Positions 21,759-31,315 of a DNA stretch of 64,000 bases are shown here, piece by piece. A program made the position numbers and the translations under genes. Numbering within the stretch: the stretch's first letter is position 1; the number at the start of each line of letters is the position of its first letter. The notes below the pieces were generated by a model, which was given only the letters and a program-made list of their open reading frames with translations, was not told where the DNA came from and made no database searches. This stretch comes from an uncultured delta proteobacterium (GTDB lineage: Bacteria; Myxococcota_A; Polyangia; Fen-1088), in contig CAVYGB010000006.1 of assembly GCA_963767925.1 (NCBI GenBank), positions 380,719 through 444,718 on the forward strand. Reading direction: 5' to 3'.

Positions 21759-24700
21759 GCGTTCCTCGGAAGGCTGACGACGAACGTTGCGCCGTCTCCC
21801 GGGCTGCTGTCGACGCGGACCGTACCTCCCATCACCTTTGCCAGCTGGCCGGCGATCCAGAGACCCACGCCGAGGCCCCCGAAGTGCTCGCTGGGGACAG
21901 CACGCTCGAAGCGTCCAAAGATCCGTTCGTGGTCCTCCTCGGCGACACCCATGCCGTGATCGCGAACCGAGATGCGCGCGCCGCCCTCCACCATGCCCAC
22001 GGCGATCTCGATAGGCTTGTCGCCACCGAACTTGAGGGCATTCGAGACAAGCTGCGTCGTGAGCTGATCGAGGCGCTTCGGGTCCCAGCGTCCCGGAGCC
22101 GGCTCGGCGCGGAGCTGGAGCAGGCGGTGCGCTTGCTTCGACTCGCCACGGAAGCGCTCGACGACCGCGGCGACCACGCGCGCCAGATCGCAGTCCTCCA
22201 GCTGGAGCCGAAATCCGGCGCCCTCCAGGCCCGCCACGTCGAGCATCCCCTCGATGAGCTGCTCCAGACGAGCCGCCTGCGAGCAAAGCCTCTCTGCTTT
22301 ACGTGCCCACCGTTCAACGGGTGGATCATCGGGCGGCGCCTCCTGAATAGACCGCAGGAGCGCCTCGACTTGGAGTCCCAGCGTCGTCAGCGGAGTCCGC
22401 AGCTCGTGTGATGCAACGGTGAGAAACTCTTCCCGCAGGGCGACCGCCCGGCGAAGGGCAGCTTCGGAGCGCGTGACCTGCTCGTTGATCTCCTGCGCAC
22501 GCTGGCGGGCGAGGACTTGGTCGGTGATGTCGACCGAGAGCCCGATGATCCCTCGTTTGGTGCCGTCCGAAGCGAACCAGGGACGAGCCGCCGCGCTGTA
22601 ATAGCGCGTCGTACCGTCGGGAGCTTGCCAGGGGAAATCAGGCAGGAGGGCCGTACCTTCGCTGGAGAAGATCTCGTCTTGACGGCGGCGAAGCGACTCG
22701 AGCTGGGCGGGCGAGCTCGTGGCGAAGGCTTCATCCAACGTCAGCCCGGTGACGTCTCGCCCGGTCATCCGTACATGGACCTCGTTGACGAGCTCGTAGC
22801 GGCGCTCGGGCATGCGGATCAGCGAGATCGCGAAGGGAGCCTGTCGCAGGATCGTCATGCACTCTTGCCACTGGCGGTCGAGGGCTGCCTGAGCGCGGGC
22901 CAGCTTGAGGTGGGTTCGCACCCGCGCGACGAGCTCCCGAGCGGAGAACGGTTTCACCAGATAGTCGTCCGCCCCCACCTCGATGCCAATCGCGCGCGAC
23001 TCTTCACCTGCGCGTGCCGAGAGCATCACGACCGGAATCGCCTTCAAGCTCGGTTCGGCACGAAGCTCGCGGAGCAGGCCGAATCCGTCGAGCACGGACA
23101 TCATGACATCGGTCACGATGATGTCCGGGCGTTGGCGACGGGCCGAATCAAGCGCGGCCTGGCCGTCGGCGACGGCCTCGACGCGCCAGTGTTCGCCAAG
23201 AATGCGACGGAGATATTCGCGCATGTCGGCGTTGTCGTCGGCGATGAGGATCCGCGCCTCGTCGCCGACGGTCGCGAAAGCATGGCCCTCCGGCACTTGC
23301 TCCGCCGCAGCCCCTTCACTGGAGACCGACTTCACCTGCTCGTCGTCCGGTAGCCACCTGAGCGCCTCCTCGACGAACGTCGCCGCCCTTCCAGGCATCA
23401 TCTCTCGCGAGGGACGCGAACCGACCCGGTCTCGAGGCAGGTGCGCGTGGCCTTTCGGTATGGTGACGACAAAGGTCGTGCCCTCTCCGAAGGTGCTTCG
23501 CGCTGAAATCGTGCCGCCATGGAGGCGCACGAGATCGTGAACCAGAGCCAGCCCAATCCCGGAGCCCTCGTGCGTCCGCGCGCGCGTGCCTTCGATGCGA
23601 TGAAAGCGCTCGAAGAGCCGCGGCACATCCTCAGCACGGACGCCCACGCCGGAGTCACTGACCTCGAGCCGAACGTCCTCCGCCATGCAGCGCAGGGCGA
23701 CGGCGATGCTCCCTTCGAACGTGAATTTGAACGCGTTCGACAGGAGGTTGAGGACGACCTGCTCCCACATGTCCAGGTCGACGTAGGTCGGATCGCCGAC
23801 CGACGGGCAGTCGACCCTGAACTCGAGGCCCGCGCGCTCGATCGCGGACTGGAATGCGCTCGCGATCTGTCGCGTCAGCTCGCCGAGGTCGACAGGCTCG
23901 AACCACGCCTGAATTCGTCCGGCCTCGATCCGCGAGAACTCGAGGAGAGCGTTGACCAGACGTTGAAGACGAAGCTCGTTTCGTCGCAAGAGCTCGAGCT
24001 GCGCGCGTTGCGCCTGTGAGAGCTCGCCGTGCGCCCCGGCGAGCAGGTCCTCGGTGGGTCCAAGCATCAACGTGAGGGGAGTGCGAAACTCGTGGCTCAC
24101 GTTCGAGAAGAACGCCGTCTTGGCGCGGTCGAGCTCGGCGAGGGCCTGGGCGCGCCTCCTGATCTCCTCGTGCGTGATCGCGTTGGCGATCGCGTTGGCG
24201 ACCTGGCCCGCGACGAGGCGAAAAAACTCCACGTGCCGCTCGTCGAGCCCACGGCGGGGATTCACCCCGCACACGAGCACTCCGATCGGTTGGGTCTCGG
24301 CCGGCCGCGGAATCGGCAGCAATACCGCCTTCGTCGGTCTATCGGACCATATTCCGCCGGGCAGGGGCCCGAGTGCCTCGTTGGCCTCGACCACGATGGG
24401 CTCGCGGGTCCGCAGGACGTGCGCGATGGGCCACGGCTCGGCCCGCCCTTCTTCCGCGGGCATGCTCGTTGGAGCTGAGCGGTCACCAGGCGCGAGTCCC
24501 GTGGCGGCGGCAAGGCGCGCGCCTCGATCCGAAGCATCGACCATGTAAAGAAGCGAGAAGGGCACGTCCGCCACGTGCTTTGCCAGGATGGCTCCCGCCC
24601 GGTCGGTGGCCTCCGCGATCGTCCGCACGCTTCCCGCGGCGTCACCGAGCTCTCTCACCAGTCGAAGTCGGCGCTCGGCAAGAAATCGATTCGTCGTCTC

Positions 24701-25177
24701 CGTGACCGTCACGAAGATGCCAGCCGGACGATTTGATTCTCCGCGAATCGCGCTATACGAGACCGTGAAGTATGCCTCCTCGAGATATCCGTGACGGAGC
24801 ATCGGCAGCATGAGGTCGTCGGACCAGGTCGCCTCGCCCGTGGTGATGACTCCCTCGAACATCGGACGCACGATGTGCGCGAGCTCCTCCCAGACCTCGA
24901 ACGTCGGCCGCCCCATCGCCCACGGGTGCTTGTCCCCCAGGATGGGCCGGTACGCGTCGTTGTAGAGGATGACGAATTCGGCGCCCCAGCAGACGGCCAT
25001 CGGAAACCGCGAAAGGAGGCAGATGCTCAGCGCCGTTCGAAGACTCGTCGGCCAGGTCTCGACTGGGCCGAGCGGCGTGGTGGACCAGTCGATCGACCGC
25101 ATGAGGTTCGCCATCTCCCCGCTGCCCGCGAAGAGATCGCCCGCCTCCGACACTTGGCCCTGCCGCTCGCACGTCAC
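21755..25177 (-). CDS. Dual-kinase hybrid (PAS-GAF-HK-REC-PAS-HK)
   Basis: H-boxes VSHEFRTPL and ASHELRTPL; central receiver ILIADDN...TDVMM...KPFS. Confidence 0.9.
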   Translation of the reverse strand: MTCERQGQVSEAGDLFAGSGEMANLMRSIDWSTTPLGPVETWPTSLRTALSICLLSRFPMAVCWGAEFVILYNDAYRPILGDKHPWAMGRPTFEVWEELAHIVRPMFEGVITTGEATWSDDLMLPMLRHGYLEEAYFTVSYSAIRGESNRPAGIFVTVTETTNRFLAERRLRLVRELGDAAGSVRTIAEATDRAGAILAKHVADVPFSLLYMVDASDRGARLAAATGLAPGDRSAPTSMPAEEGRAEPWPIAHVLRTREPIVVEANEALGPLPGGIWSDRPTKAVLLPIPRPAETQPIGVLVCGVNPRRGLDERHVEFFRLVAGQVANAIANAITHEEIRRRAQALAELDRAKTAFFSNVSHEFRTPLTLMLGPTEDLLAGAHGELSQAQRAQLELLRRNELRLQRLVNALLEFSRIEAGRIQAWFEPVDLGELTRQIASAFQSAIERAGLEFRVDCPSVGDPTYVDLDMWEQVVLNLLSNAFKFTFEGSIAVALRCMAEDVRLEVSDSGVGVRAEDVPRLFERFHRIEGTRARTHEGSGIGLALVHDLVRLHGGTISARSTFGEGTTFVVTIPKGHAHLPRDRVGSRPSREMMPGRAATFVEEALRWLPDDEQVKSVSSEGAAAEQVPEGHAFATVGDEARILIADDNADMREYLRRILGEHWRVEAVADGQAALDSARRQRPDIIVTDVMMSVLDGFGLLRELRAEPSLKAIPVVMLSARAGEESRAIGIEVGADDYLVKPFSARELVARVRTHLKLARAQAALDRQWQECMTILRQAPFAISLIRMPERRYELVNEVHVRMTGRDVTGLTLDEAFATSSPAQLESLRRRQDEIFSSEGTALLPDFPWQAPDGTTRYYSAAARPWFASDGTKRGIIGLSVDITDQVLARQRAQEINEQVTRSEAALRRAVALREEFLTVASHELRTPLTTLGLQVEALLRSIQEAPPDDPPVERWARKAERLCSQAARLEQLIEGMLDVAGLEGAGFRLQLEDCDLARVVAAVVERFRGESKQAHRLLQLRAEPAPGRWDPKRLDQLTTQLVSNALKFGGDKPIEIAVGMVEGGARISVRDHGMGVAEEDHERIFGRFERAVPSEHFGGLGVGLWIAGQLAKVMGGTVRVDSSPGDGATFVVSLPRNA

Positions 25178-25425
25178 CGAGAGGCCTCATTTCTGCTCAC
25201 CAGTACTTTTTCCATCGCTCTCGCGAGCGCGTCGAGGGGCGGAGGCTTCTTTGGGAGGACTACACCAACGACGCTGGCCTCCGGGGCACCCACGCCTCGG
25301 GCAGAGCGGCGACCAGCTCCGAGCTTTTCGCCTGTACACCCATGGCCAACGGTGGTACCGCGGCCGGAAAACCCGATCAATAGTAAAAGAAGATCGGGGA
25401 TAGTCGGTTTACCTTCGAGGGTCAT
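25174..25425 (-). pseudogene. Possible degenerate C-terminal half of a receiver domain
   Basis: PTIPDLLLLLIGFSG...VLPKKPPPLDALARAMEKVL resembles REC beta4 to alpha5; its TGA overlaps the next GTG (GTGA). Confidence 0.4.
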
Positions 25426-25593
25426 CGAACCGCCTCGGACTCTTCGGCTTGGTCGACACCGCGGTGCTTGGCCCAGCAGCGATCATTGGCCGTGCGTGCC
25501 CGCCATGCCGTACCTCTGTCGTTCCTCTCGCTCATCCGCCCACCGTCTTCGTGGTGCCGTCGTGATGGGTCAAGCCCCGCATCCCGTCCAGTC

Positions 25594-26646
25594 TCAACTG
25601 CTCGCGAGAATCGTCATCGCCGCGACTTCCTCTTTCGCGATGGCGTGGCACAGCTCGGATGCGGCCATCAGATGCTGGACGCGCCCATCCACTGCGCATC
25701 GCCCCAGCAATTCCGCGATCACGGTCCAGTGATCGGCGGAGCGCGCGAATCCGTCGCGGGCTGCGACGAGAGCCTTCGCCTTCGAGGGCACTGACGCGGC
25801 CACCTCGGCGAGGAAGTCTCGGTAGAGGTTCCGGAAGAGCGCGCCACCCGTTCCTGCCCGCTCCATGAGGTCGGCCGCGAGCTGAAGGTCTTCGGTCGGC
25901 GACTTCGCCTTGGAGAGCCAGGTCGGAAGGGAGCGCGCAAGCTTCGAGAGTCCCGGAGGGCCCATGCCGCCAAAGTCTGGCGTGAGATAGCGCTCGGCGT
26001 TGTTTCGTATTGCGGTCATGGCCGCACCCGCGAGGTCGAGACCCTCGCCCGCCTGGGTCTTGTAGGAGCGCGCTCTTGCGGACATCGGGCCTCGCGCGTG
26101 CCGTGCGGCCTCGAGCGCTCGCCGCGAAACTCGCTGGACGGAGCCCTGTTGAACCGTGTCGGCGACCTCGATGTCGTCGTCCACCAGTCGGAGCGCCGCG
26201 ACGAAGTGCCCCGCGAAGTGCGGCGGCTGCTCGAAGTACGGCAGGTAGAAGCAGTCGAGCTGAAGCCCAACCGGTCGCGCTTCGCGTAGGTGCTCCTCGA
26301 GCTGAGCCCAGGCCCTCGTCTTCGAGCTGGTCTGCTCCTCGTGAAGGACGATTCCAAGATTGGCGCATGCGGCCTGTGTCAACGCGAAAGGCTTGCTCCT
26401 GCCGCCGACGAACGGCAAGGGCAAGCTCGCGAGGTTGAGGAACACGAAGCCGAGCGCCTCCCCCAGTCCGAACAGCATGGGCTCGGAGAGCTCGCATCCC
26501 ATCGCGCGCAGCAGCGTGCCGGTCGCCACCGTTTCGCAGTGGACGCCAAGGAACGGCCCGGGTCTGGCAGTCGGCGCGGTCGAGGTTGCGGTCGCACCTT
26601 CGCTCCGATTCCGGCGGGCACGGTCTCCGCCGGCGCTGCGCGTCAC
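25594..26646 (-). CDS. BtrH-like N-terminal domain / DUF4872 protein (papain-like fold)
   Basis: HCET...ELSEPMLFGLG, LDCFYLPY...HFAGHFVA, GTGGALFRNLYRDFL. Confidence 0.8.
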   Translation of the reverse strand: MTRSAGGDRARRNRSEGATATSTAPTARPGPFLGVHCETVATGTLLRAMGCELSEPMLFGLGEALGFVFLNLASLPLPFVGGRSKPFALTQAACANLGIVLHEEQTSSKTRAWAQLEEHLREARPVGLQLDCFYLPYFEQPPHFAGHFVAALRLVDDDIEVADTVQQGSVQRVSRRALEAARHARGPMSARARSYKTQAGEGLDLAGAAMTAIRNNAERYLTPDFGGMGPPGLSKLARSLPTWLSKAKSPTEDLQLAADLMERAGTGGALFRNLYRDFLAEVAASVPSKAKALVAARDGFARSADHWTVIAELLGRCAVDGRVQHLMAASELCHAIAKEEVAAMTILASS

Positions 26647-27293
26647 GGCCGAGCCCGGGCCAGAGAATACGCGACGGTGTACTGCTGCCTGTCCACGATA
26701 TCGATGCGCATCGCTCCGGTAGCTCCTTCAGCCCCTGGAGTTCAACCCCGGTGGGCTCATCCGCACCGTCGAATTGGGCGGTCTACCCATCGTCCCACCA
26801 GCACGAGCGCGATACAAGGATTCGCGCGCAGGTTACCGGCCTTCGCGAGGTGCCGAGCGTGTCGATTCACCGTCGTCCAGATCCTCGAGAACGTCATCGA
26901 CGCCATCTGGGACGCCCACCGCGAAGGTCCAGCGAAGACGACGGCCTCTTCTGATCGCCGTTGGACTCGCCGCGCCCCGCAAACTGCGTGATCGACGTCC
27001 CCTCAGAAAACACGCGCAGGCTCATCCAGGAGGCCCGGTTCTTCCGGACGAAGCTCGTGGAGGGCCTTCGCAGCGGGGCACCGGGTGGCCAGGCCTTCCT
27101 GCGACCGGTCTTCGAGAAGTACGGCGCCCCGGAGGACGTGGCGAAGCGGTTCGTGGAGCGGGTGGCGAAGCTCCTCGGGGGCGATTCGGCAGGTAAAGCG
27201 CTCTGCTCGGAATCGCCCAGCAGCTCGAGACTCCGCGGTCGGAAGGGTACGGGGAAAGGTGATATCCTTCCTGAGGTTTTTCAGGACGAGAGC

Positions 27294-28460
27294 ATGACGC
27301 AGACAGCCGCCGTATACACGGACCGGACCGACAGCGCGGAGGCCGGTCGCCATCTTGGCGAGCAAGTGAATCAGGATCTCGGGGGCGCGCCCCCCGACGC
27401 CGTGATCGTCTTCGCCTCGTCCCGTTTTGACTTCGAGGAGCTCCTCGAGGCGCTCTCCTCCACCTGCAAGCCGAAGCTTCTTGTGGGATCGTCGTCGGCG
27501 GGCGAGTTCACCAGCGGCCATCGGGGGGAAGGAACGGCCTGCGCCTTGGCCCTCCGGTCGACGTACCTGCACGTCTCGGCTGGGCTCGGCCTTCAGGTGA
27601 GCACGGACCGCGCCAAGGCGGCGCGCGACCTCCTGTTCGGCTTCAAGGGCCTCGACGCGTACGAGTACCGGTATCGGTCCGCACTCATCATGACGGATGC
27701 CCTGGCGGGGCACGCGGAAGACCTGGTCGAGCAGCTCACGATGCTCACCTCGGGCAAGTACCAGTTTGCAGGAGGTGGCGCCGGCGACGATGCAAAGTTT
27801 TCGCGTACCCACGTCTTTCTGGGAACGAAGGCGTACTCCGATGCCGTCGTCGGGCTCGAGTTCCTGTCCGACAAGCCTCTCGGCATCGGCGTTGGACACG
27901 GCTGGACGCCCGCCAGCAAGCCTCTCCGCGTCACCGAGGCGGAAGGGATGCGCGTGACGAGCTTGAACGGCACGCCCGCCGTCGAGGCGTTCGAGGAGCA
28001 CGCAAAGGCGACGAACCAGAAGTTCGATCGCGCGAAGCCCCTCCCGTTCTTTCTTCACAACATCCTCGGCATCGACACCGGCAACGGTCATCGGTTGCGC
28101 GTCCCGCTGACCGTGAACGACGACGGATCCGTGAACTGCGCCGCCGAGATCACCGCCGGAGCGCGTGTCTACATCATGAAGGCGACCGCCGACTCCGCCG
28201 TGACAGCTGCCGCGAACGCCACGGCTGCCGCCGTCAAGGCCCTCAACGGCGAGAAGCCTGGTGCGGCCTTGTTCTTCGATTGCGTGGCGACTCGCCTCCG
28301 GATGGGTGAGGTGTTCGGGTTCGAGCTCGAGTCCGTGGCCCGGATGCTCGGTGGTGCGGAGCTCGTGGGATGCAATACGTACGGGCAGATCGCGCGCGCA
28401 GAAGGGCAGTTCGGGGGCTTTCATAACTGCACTGCGGTTGTGATGGTGCTGCCGACCTAG
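27294..28460 (+). CDS. FIST signal-transduction protein (NosP-like)
   Basis: VFASS, GSSSAGEF, GGGAGDD, HGWTP, FFDCVATR, TYGQI...FHNCT; AGGA upstream of ATG at 27294. Confidence 0.9.
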   Translation: MTQTAAVYTDRTDSAEAGRHLGEQVNQDLGGAPPDAVIVFASSRFDFEELLEALSSTCKPKLLVGSSSAGEFTSGHRGEGTACALALRSTYLHVSAGLGLQVSTDRAKAARDLLFGFKGLDAYEYRYRSALIMTDALAGHAEDLVEQLTMLTSGKYQFAGGGAGDDAKFSRTHVFLGTKAYSDAVVGLEFLSDKPLGIGVGHGWTPASKPLRVTEAEGMRVTSLNGTPAVEAFEEHAKATNQKFDRAKPLPFFLHNILGIDTGNGHRLRVPLTVNDDGSVNCAAEITAGARVYIMKATADSAVTAAANATAAAVKALNGEKPGAALFFDCVATRLRMGEVFGFELESVARMLGGAELVGCNTYGQIARAEGQFGGFHNCTAVVMVLPT

Positions 28461-28464
28461 GGGC

Positions 28465-30123
28465 ATGTTCGATCGTGAGACGATTCAGCTTGTAGCGGCC
28501 CTCGCCGAAGCCCCCTCACGGACGGCGGCTGCTGCCGCTTTGGCCGTCCAACTCGGGGTCGACGCCCTTCTGCTCTTCGTCGAGGATCCGGACGTCGAGG
28601 CCCTTCTCCCGGCCGCGGGGCTTCCTCAGACAATCGCTGGCGGTTCGGCATGGCGCACGTTCTTGAGCCAGTGCCGTGTCCCAGGCGTGCATCATGGGAC
28701 CGTCGGCTATCCGAGTGCCGAAGCGGCTGTCCCCGCGCTTGCCTGCAGCGGGTCTGGGGTGGCGCTTGTGTTTGTTGGACGCCAGTGCGATCGGGCACGC
28801 ATCGAACCGATCTGCCTGATGCTCCCGCTTCTCGGATCAACCCTGCGGGCCGAGCACGCAGCGGCCTCCGCTTCGGGCGAGCTGACCGTCGCGCGCGAGG
28901 ATGCGCGCCACGCGGGTGCGCTCGCACGATCACTTGACGCCGCTCGTGCCGACCTCGAGCACCAGGCGAAATCGCTCACCGAGGCTCGTATACGTGCAGA
29001 GGAAGCCACCCGCGCGAAGGACGAGTTTCTGGCGATGCTCGGACACGAGCTGCGCAACCCGCTCGCGCCCATGATGACGGCTCTGCAGCTCCTACGCATG
29101 CAGGGGAGCACATCGCGTGTTCACGAGGTACTCGAACGTCAAGTCACCCAGCTGATGCGGCTCGTTGACGACCTCCTCGACGTCTCTCGCATCGCTCGTG
29201 GGAAGGTGGAGCTTCGGAAAGAACGCTTCGAGCTTGCCGCCGTTACCGCGCGCGCGGTCGAGATGGCGAGCCCGCTCCTCGAGCGGAAGCTGCAGGTGCT
29301 CACCGTCCAGGTTCCGTCCGAGGGAATACCGATGGAAGGCGATTCGGATCGCCTGGCGCAGGTCTTCTCGAACCTCCTCACGAACGCAGCGAAATACAGC
29401 GCTGCCAACACGCGTGTGGTGCTCTGCGCCGAGCGCAACGGCAACCGTGCCATCGTGCGCGTCAAGGATGAAGGATTCGGCATCGAGCCGGACATGTTGA
29501 ACGCCGTCTTCGAGCTCTTCACCCAGCAGCAGCAATCCGCCGATCGGTCGCAGGGAGGACTGGGACTCGGCCTTGCGATCGTGAAGAACCTCGTGACGCT
29601 CCACGGAGGAACCGTCCGAGCCATGAGCGAGGGACGCGGCAAAGGCAGCGAGTTCGTCGTGGAACTTCCTACGAGCAGTGCGAATGCGCACGCGGTGCAG
29701 ACCCGTCCGGACAAAGAGGCTCCAGCCACGAGAAAGGCTCAGACATCCGAACGCGTCCTCTTGGTCGATGACAACGAGGACGCGGCCGAGATGATGTCCG
29801 AGGCCTTGGCCGACCTTGGCTATGACGTTCGAACCGCTCCCGATGGTCCGTCGGCTCTTCGTGTCGCCGCGGAGTTTCGTCCCCAGATCGCGCTGCTCGA
29901 CATCGGGCTCCCCGTCATGGATGGCTACGAACTCTGTCGCAGGATGCGCGACGCATACCCGTCGAAGTCGATGCGCCTCGTGGCGCTGACGGGGTATGGC
30001 CAAGCGTCGGACAAGGCGCGATCACAGGGAGCGGGGTTCGACGCACATCTGGTAAAGCCCGTCGATATCCAAAAGCTTCAGCGCCTTCTCGACGGACTGC
30101 AGACTACCTCGCCGTCCGCCTGA
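28465..30123 (+). CDS. Hybrid histidine kinase/response regulator, partner of the FIST protein
   Basis: LGHELRNPL, NLLTNAAKY, GGLGLGL, C-terminal REC; starts 4 bp after the FIST stop. Confidence 0.92.
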   Translation: MFDRETIQLVAALAEAPSRTAAAAALAVQLGVDALLLFVEDPDVEALLPAAGLPQTIAGGSAWRTFLSQCRVPGVHHGTVGYPSAEAAVPALACSGSGVALVFVGRQCDRARIEPICLMLPLLGSTLRAEHAAASASGELTVAREDARHAGALARSLDAARADLEHQAKSLTEARIRAEEATRAKDEFLAMLGHELRNPLAPMMTALQLLRMQGSTSRVHEVLERQVTQLMRLVDDLLDVSRIARGKVELRKERFELAAVTARAVEMASPLLERKLQVLTVQVPSEGIPMEGDSDRLAQVFSNLLTNAAKYSAANTRVVLCAERNGNRAIVRVKDEGFGIEPDMLNAVFELFTQQQQSADRSQGGLGLGLAIVKNLVTLHGGTVRAMSEGRGKGSEFVVELPTSSANAHAVQTRPDKEAPATRKAQTSERVLLVDDNEDAAEMMSEALADLGYDVRTAPDGPSALRVAAEFRPQIALLDIGLPVMDGYELCRRMRDAYPSKSMRLVALTGYGQASDKARSQGAGFDAHLVKPVDIQKLQRLLDGLQTTSPSA

Positions 30124-30387
30124 GCGCGATCTGCTCGGGCTTGACCGCTACCTGGACATTCGCTCCCCCTCCCGGAGTCGGCGGCCGCGATCCCGACCGC
30201 ACGACCTCGAGATGCTCGGCCCGCGTCGAGCAGGTCATCGCGCCGCCCTGTTCATGGTGCGTGCAGCTCGCGGGAATGCGAGCAGGGCCGGCCATGATCC
30301 TCATTCCTACCTGAACCCGGGCGACCGGCCAAGCAGGCCCGGGCGACGGCCATTCGTCACGGTCGCGCCGTGGTCACCGGGTTCCGG

Positions 30388-30606
30388 TCATCTCACGAGA
30401 GCCCACCGGTTGTAAGCGTCGATCCATTCGGCACCGGCGGGTCGTGGCCTGGGCAGGGGAAGGTCGACCAGGGGTATCGACTGTCGGAACCGGCCACGTG
30501 TGCAGATCGCGACTATGACCCCATAGTCGCTGAGCTCGACGCCTTCCACCGTGACATCCACCCCGAACATCTTCACCGAGAACGGGAGGGTGAGGTGCTC
30601 CTCGAG
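30388..30606 (-). pseudogene. N-terminally truncated fragment of a conserved hypothetical protein (SH3-like/'calcium-binding' family resemblance)
   Basis: LEEHLTLPFSVKMFGVDVTV...RQSIPLVDLPLP...GAEWIDAYNRW looks like a C-terminal portion, and no N-terminus is present. Confidence 0.5.
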
Positions 30607-30623
30607 CGGTTCAAGAAGCCTAC

Positions 30624-31128
30624 GTGCTGCTCGGAATCGTCCTGTGGGAAGAGACGGACCTCATCCGGACGTTTGTCGCCGACAACCCTGCCGCCCTGAG
30701 CCCCGACCTCCTCGAGCTGGTCGCGAGCTGGCAGCACCGCCGCCCGGGGAAATACGTCGTCTGGAAGCACTACAAGCGGCACACGCTGCTGATGGAGGGT
30801 CCCGGTAGGGGCTTCGGCGTGCTCGGCCTGTACAGCACCTGGGACGAGATCCTGCCCCAGGCGCCGCCCGTGATGGTGAAGGCGGGTTCTCCTTCCCTTC
30901 GGGGATCGCATCATCCACGACGGCCTGGTGGCCGCTCACAACGTCTACCTCGGCCCCGGAATCCGACGCGACTACCGGGAGATGGTCCGTGACCTCAAGG
31001 CGCAGGGCGGCCCGACGCTCTCGCTTCTCCCAACCACGCAGTCGCGCAGCCACACCCCCGCGCGTGCTCGCCAGCCCGACCTCCGCCCTCGCGGTTCGCA
31101 CCCGTCACGAATGGTCGGCCGAAGGTAA
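30624..31128 (+). pseudogene. Truncated, frameshifted conserved hypothetical protein
   Basis: FVADNPAALS...SWQHRRPG...GVLGL...PVMVKA continues in another frame near 30890 as LLPFGDRIIHDGL...LGPGIRR. Confidence 0.55.
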
Positions 31129-31199
31129 CGGACACGAACCAGCCACTGACCCGCGAATTCGCGTGGTTGCGAACCTTGGTCCGCCAGCTGTGGCTCTTG

Positions 31200-31272
31200 C
31201 TCCGAAGGAGGGACTCGAACCCCCGACCCGGCGGTTAACAGCCGCCTGCTCTGCCAACTGAGCTACTTCGGA
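31200..31272 (-). tRNA. tRNA-Asn (GTT)
   Basis: TCCGAAG/CTTCGGA acceptor stem, GCTC/GAGC D-arm, GGCGG-CTGTTAA-CCGCC anticodon arm, TTCGAGT T-loop; CCA is not encoded (followed by CAA). Confidence 0.97.
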
Positions 31273-31287
31273 ATGTTTGGACGGGCC

Positions 31288-31315
31288 ATTATGGGGGCGA
31301 GCGGCCAGCAGTCAA
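31288..31315 (-). promoter_or_regulatory. Putative sigma70 promoter of tRNA-Asn
   Basis: TTGACT-N16-CATAAT, 15 nt upstream of the tRNA. Confidence 0.6.

Larger units (their letters stand above)
7200..31199. mobile_element. Probable degenerate genomic island at the tRNA-Asn 3' end
   Basis: Abuts the tRNA 3' end, codon style is visibly different from flanking core genes, and it carries many gene fragments. No integrase or att repeat was found; the left boundary is uncertain and may extend to about 2.2 kb. Confidence 0.5.

Noticed and set aside
21759..22286. 176-aa N-terminal extension of the 2113-aa ORF
   Set aside because: Overlaps the upstream kinase out of frame; the ATGA-coupled start at 21758 begins exactly at the receiver domain.
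30315..30353. Direct repeat CCCGGGCGAC(C)GGCCA as a possible CRISPR remnant
   Set aside because: Two short GC-rich copies with a tiny spacer; no array or cas genes anywhere in the window.
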